Shown in pieces: positions 49,532-49,696 of a stretch of DNA of 49,696 nucleotides. The notes under the pieces were generated by a model, which saw nothing but the letters and a program-made list of their open reading frames with translations, did not search any database and was not told the origin of the DNA. How positions within the stretch are numbered: the first letter of the stretch is position 1; each line of letters begins with the position of its first letter. Both the position numbers and the translations under genes were made by a program. Source of the stretch: Deltaproteobacteria bacterium (lineage in GTDB: Bacteria; Desulfobacterota; DSM-4660; Desulfatiglandales; HGW-15); NCBI GenBank assembly GCA_019307745.1, contig JAFDJA010000002.1, forward strand, positions 1 to 49,696, in the 5' to 3' direction.

Positions 49532-49696
49532 TAATATGGGTTTACTCAACCAGGCGCTCAAGAGAGAACAGCGGGTAGTGTCCCCTTTTCAAAGAAAGAC
49601 TCAAGAACAGTCTTGTCCCGTTTTTTTTATTAATAAAATATTTGGAAAAACTGAAGGTGTTTTAGTGAAAAGTCCTTTGGGCACTGGGCTTAACAT

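Noticed and set aside
49543-49630. attC site after the amidotransferase (CTCAACCAGGCGCTCAAG)
   Set aside because: It resembles only the left half of an attC; no complementary GTTRRRY end was found.

Overview
Bacterial chromosomal window, most likely from an anaerobic Desulfobacterota (deltaproteobacterial) organism; this is inferred from gene content. In order it carries: an ABC exporter running off the left edge; a YcjNOP-like sugar ABC importer; a four-subunit 2-oxoacid:ferredoxin oxidoreductase followed by a heterodisulfide-reductase-like cluster (HdrL-like, MvhD-HdrD fusion, selenocysteine HdrA-MvhD); ihfA; a sigma-54-driven cheR-PilZ pair; hisHF; rlmH, a phosphatase and thrC; kdsD; ihfB with a histone H1-like winged-helix protein; a radical SAM gene; the lysS-lolE-lolD-bamA-skp-lpxD-fabZ-lpxA-lpxI-gnnA-lpxB-ntrX envelope cluster; and an accessory right end. 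Two genes that the ORF track splits are single reading frames with an in-frame TGA at a conserved Cys position followed by a SECIS-like hairpin. One is HdrA, a known selenoprotein. The other, and the most interesting candidate, is a stand-alone CTP-synthase-like glutamine amidotransferase whose catalytic nucleophile codon is TGA; it lies divergent from a TAT-less reductive dehalogenase-like gene. A ~91-bp dispersed repeat (two copies) and a ~180-bp palindromic element were also seen. All family assignments come from recognising motifs by eye; no searches were run.
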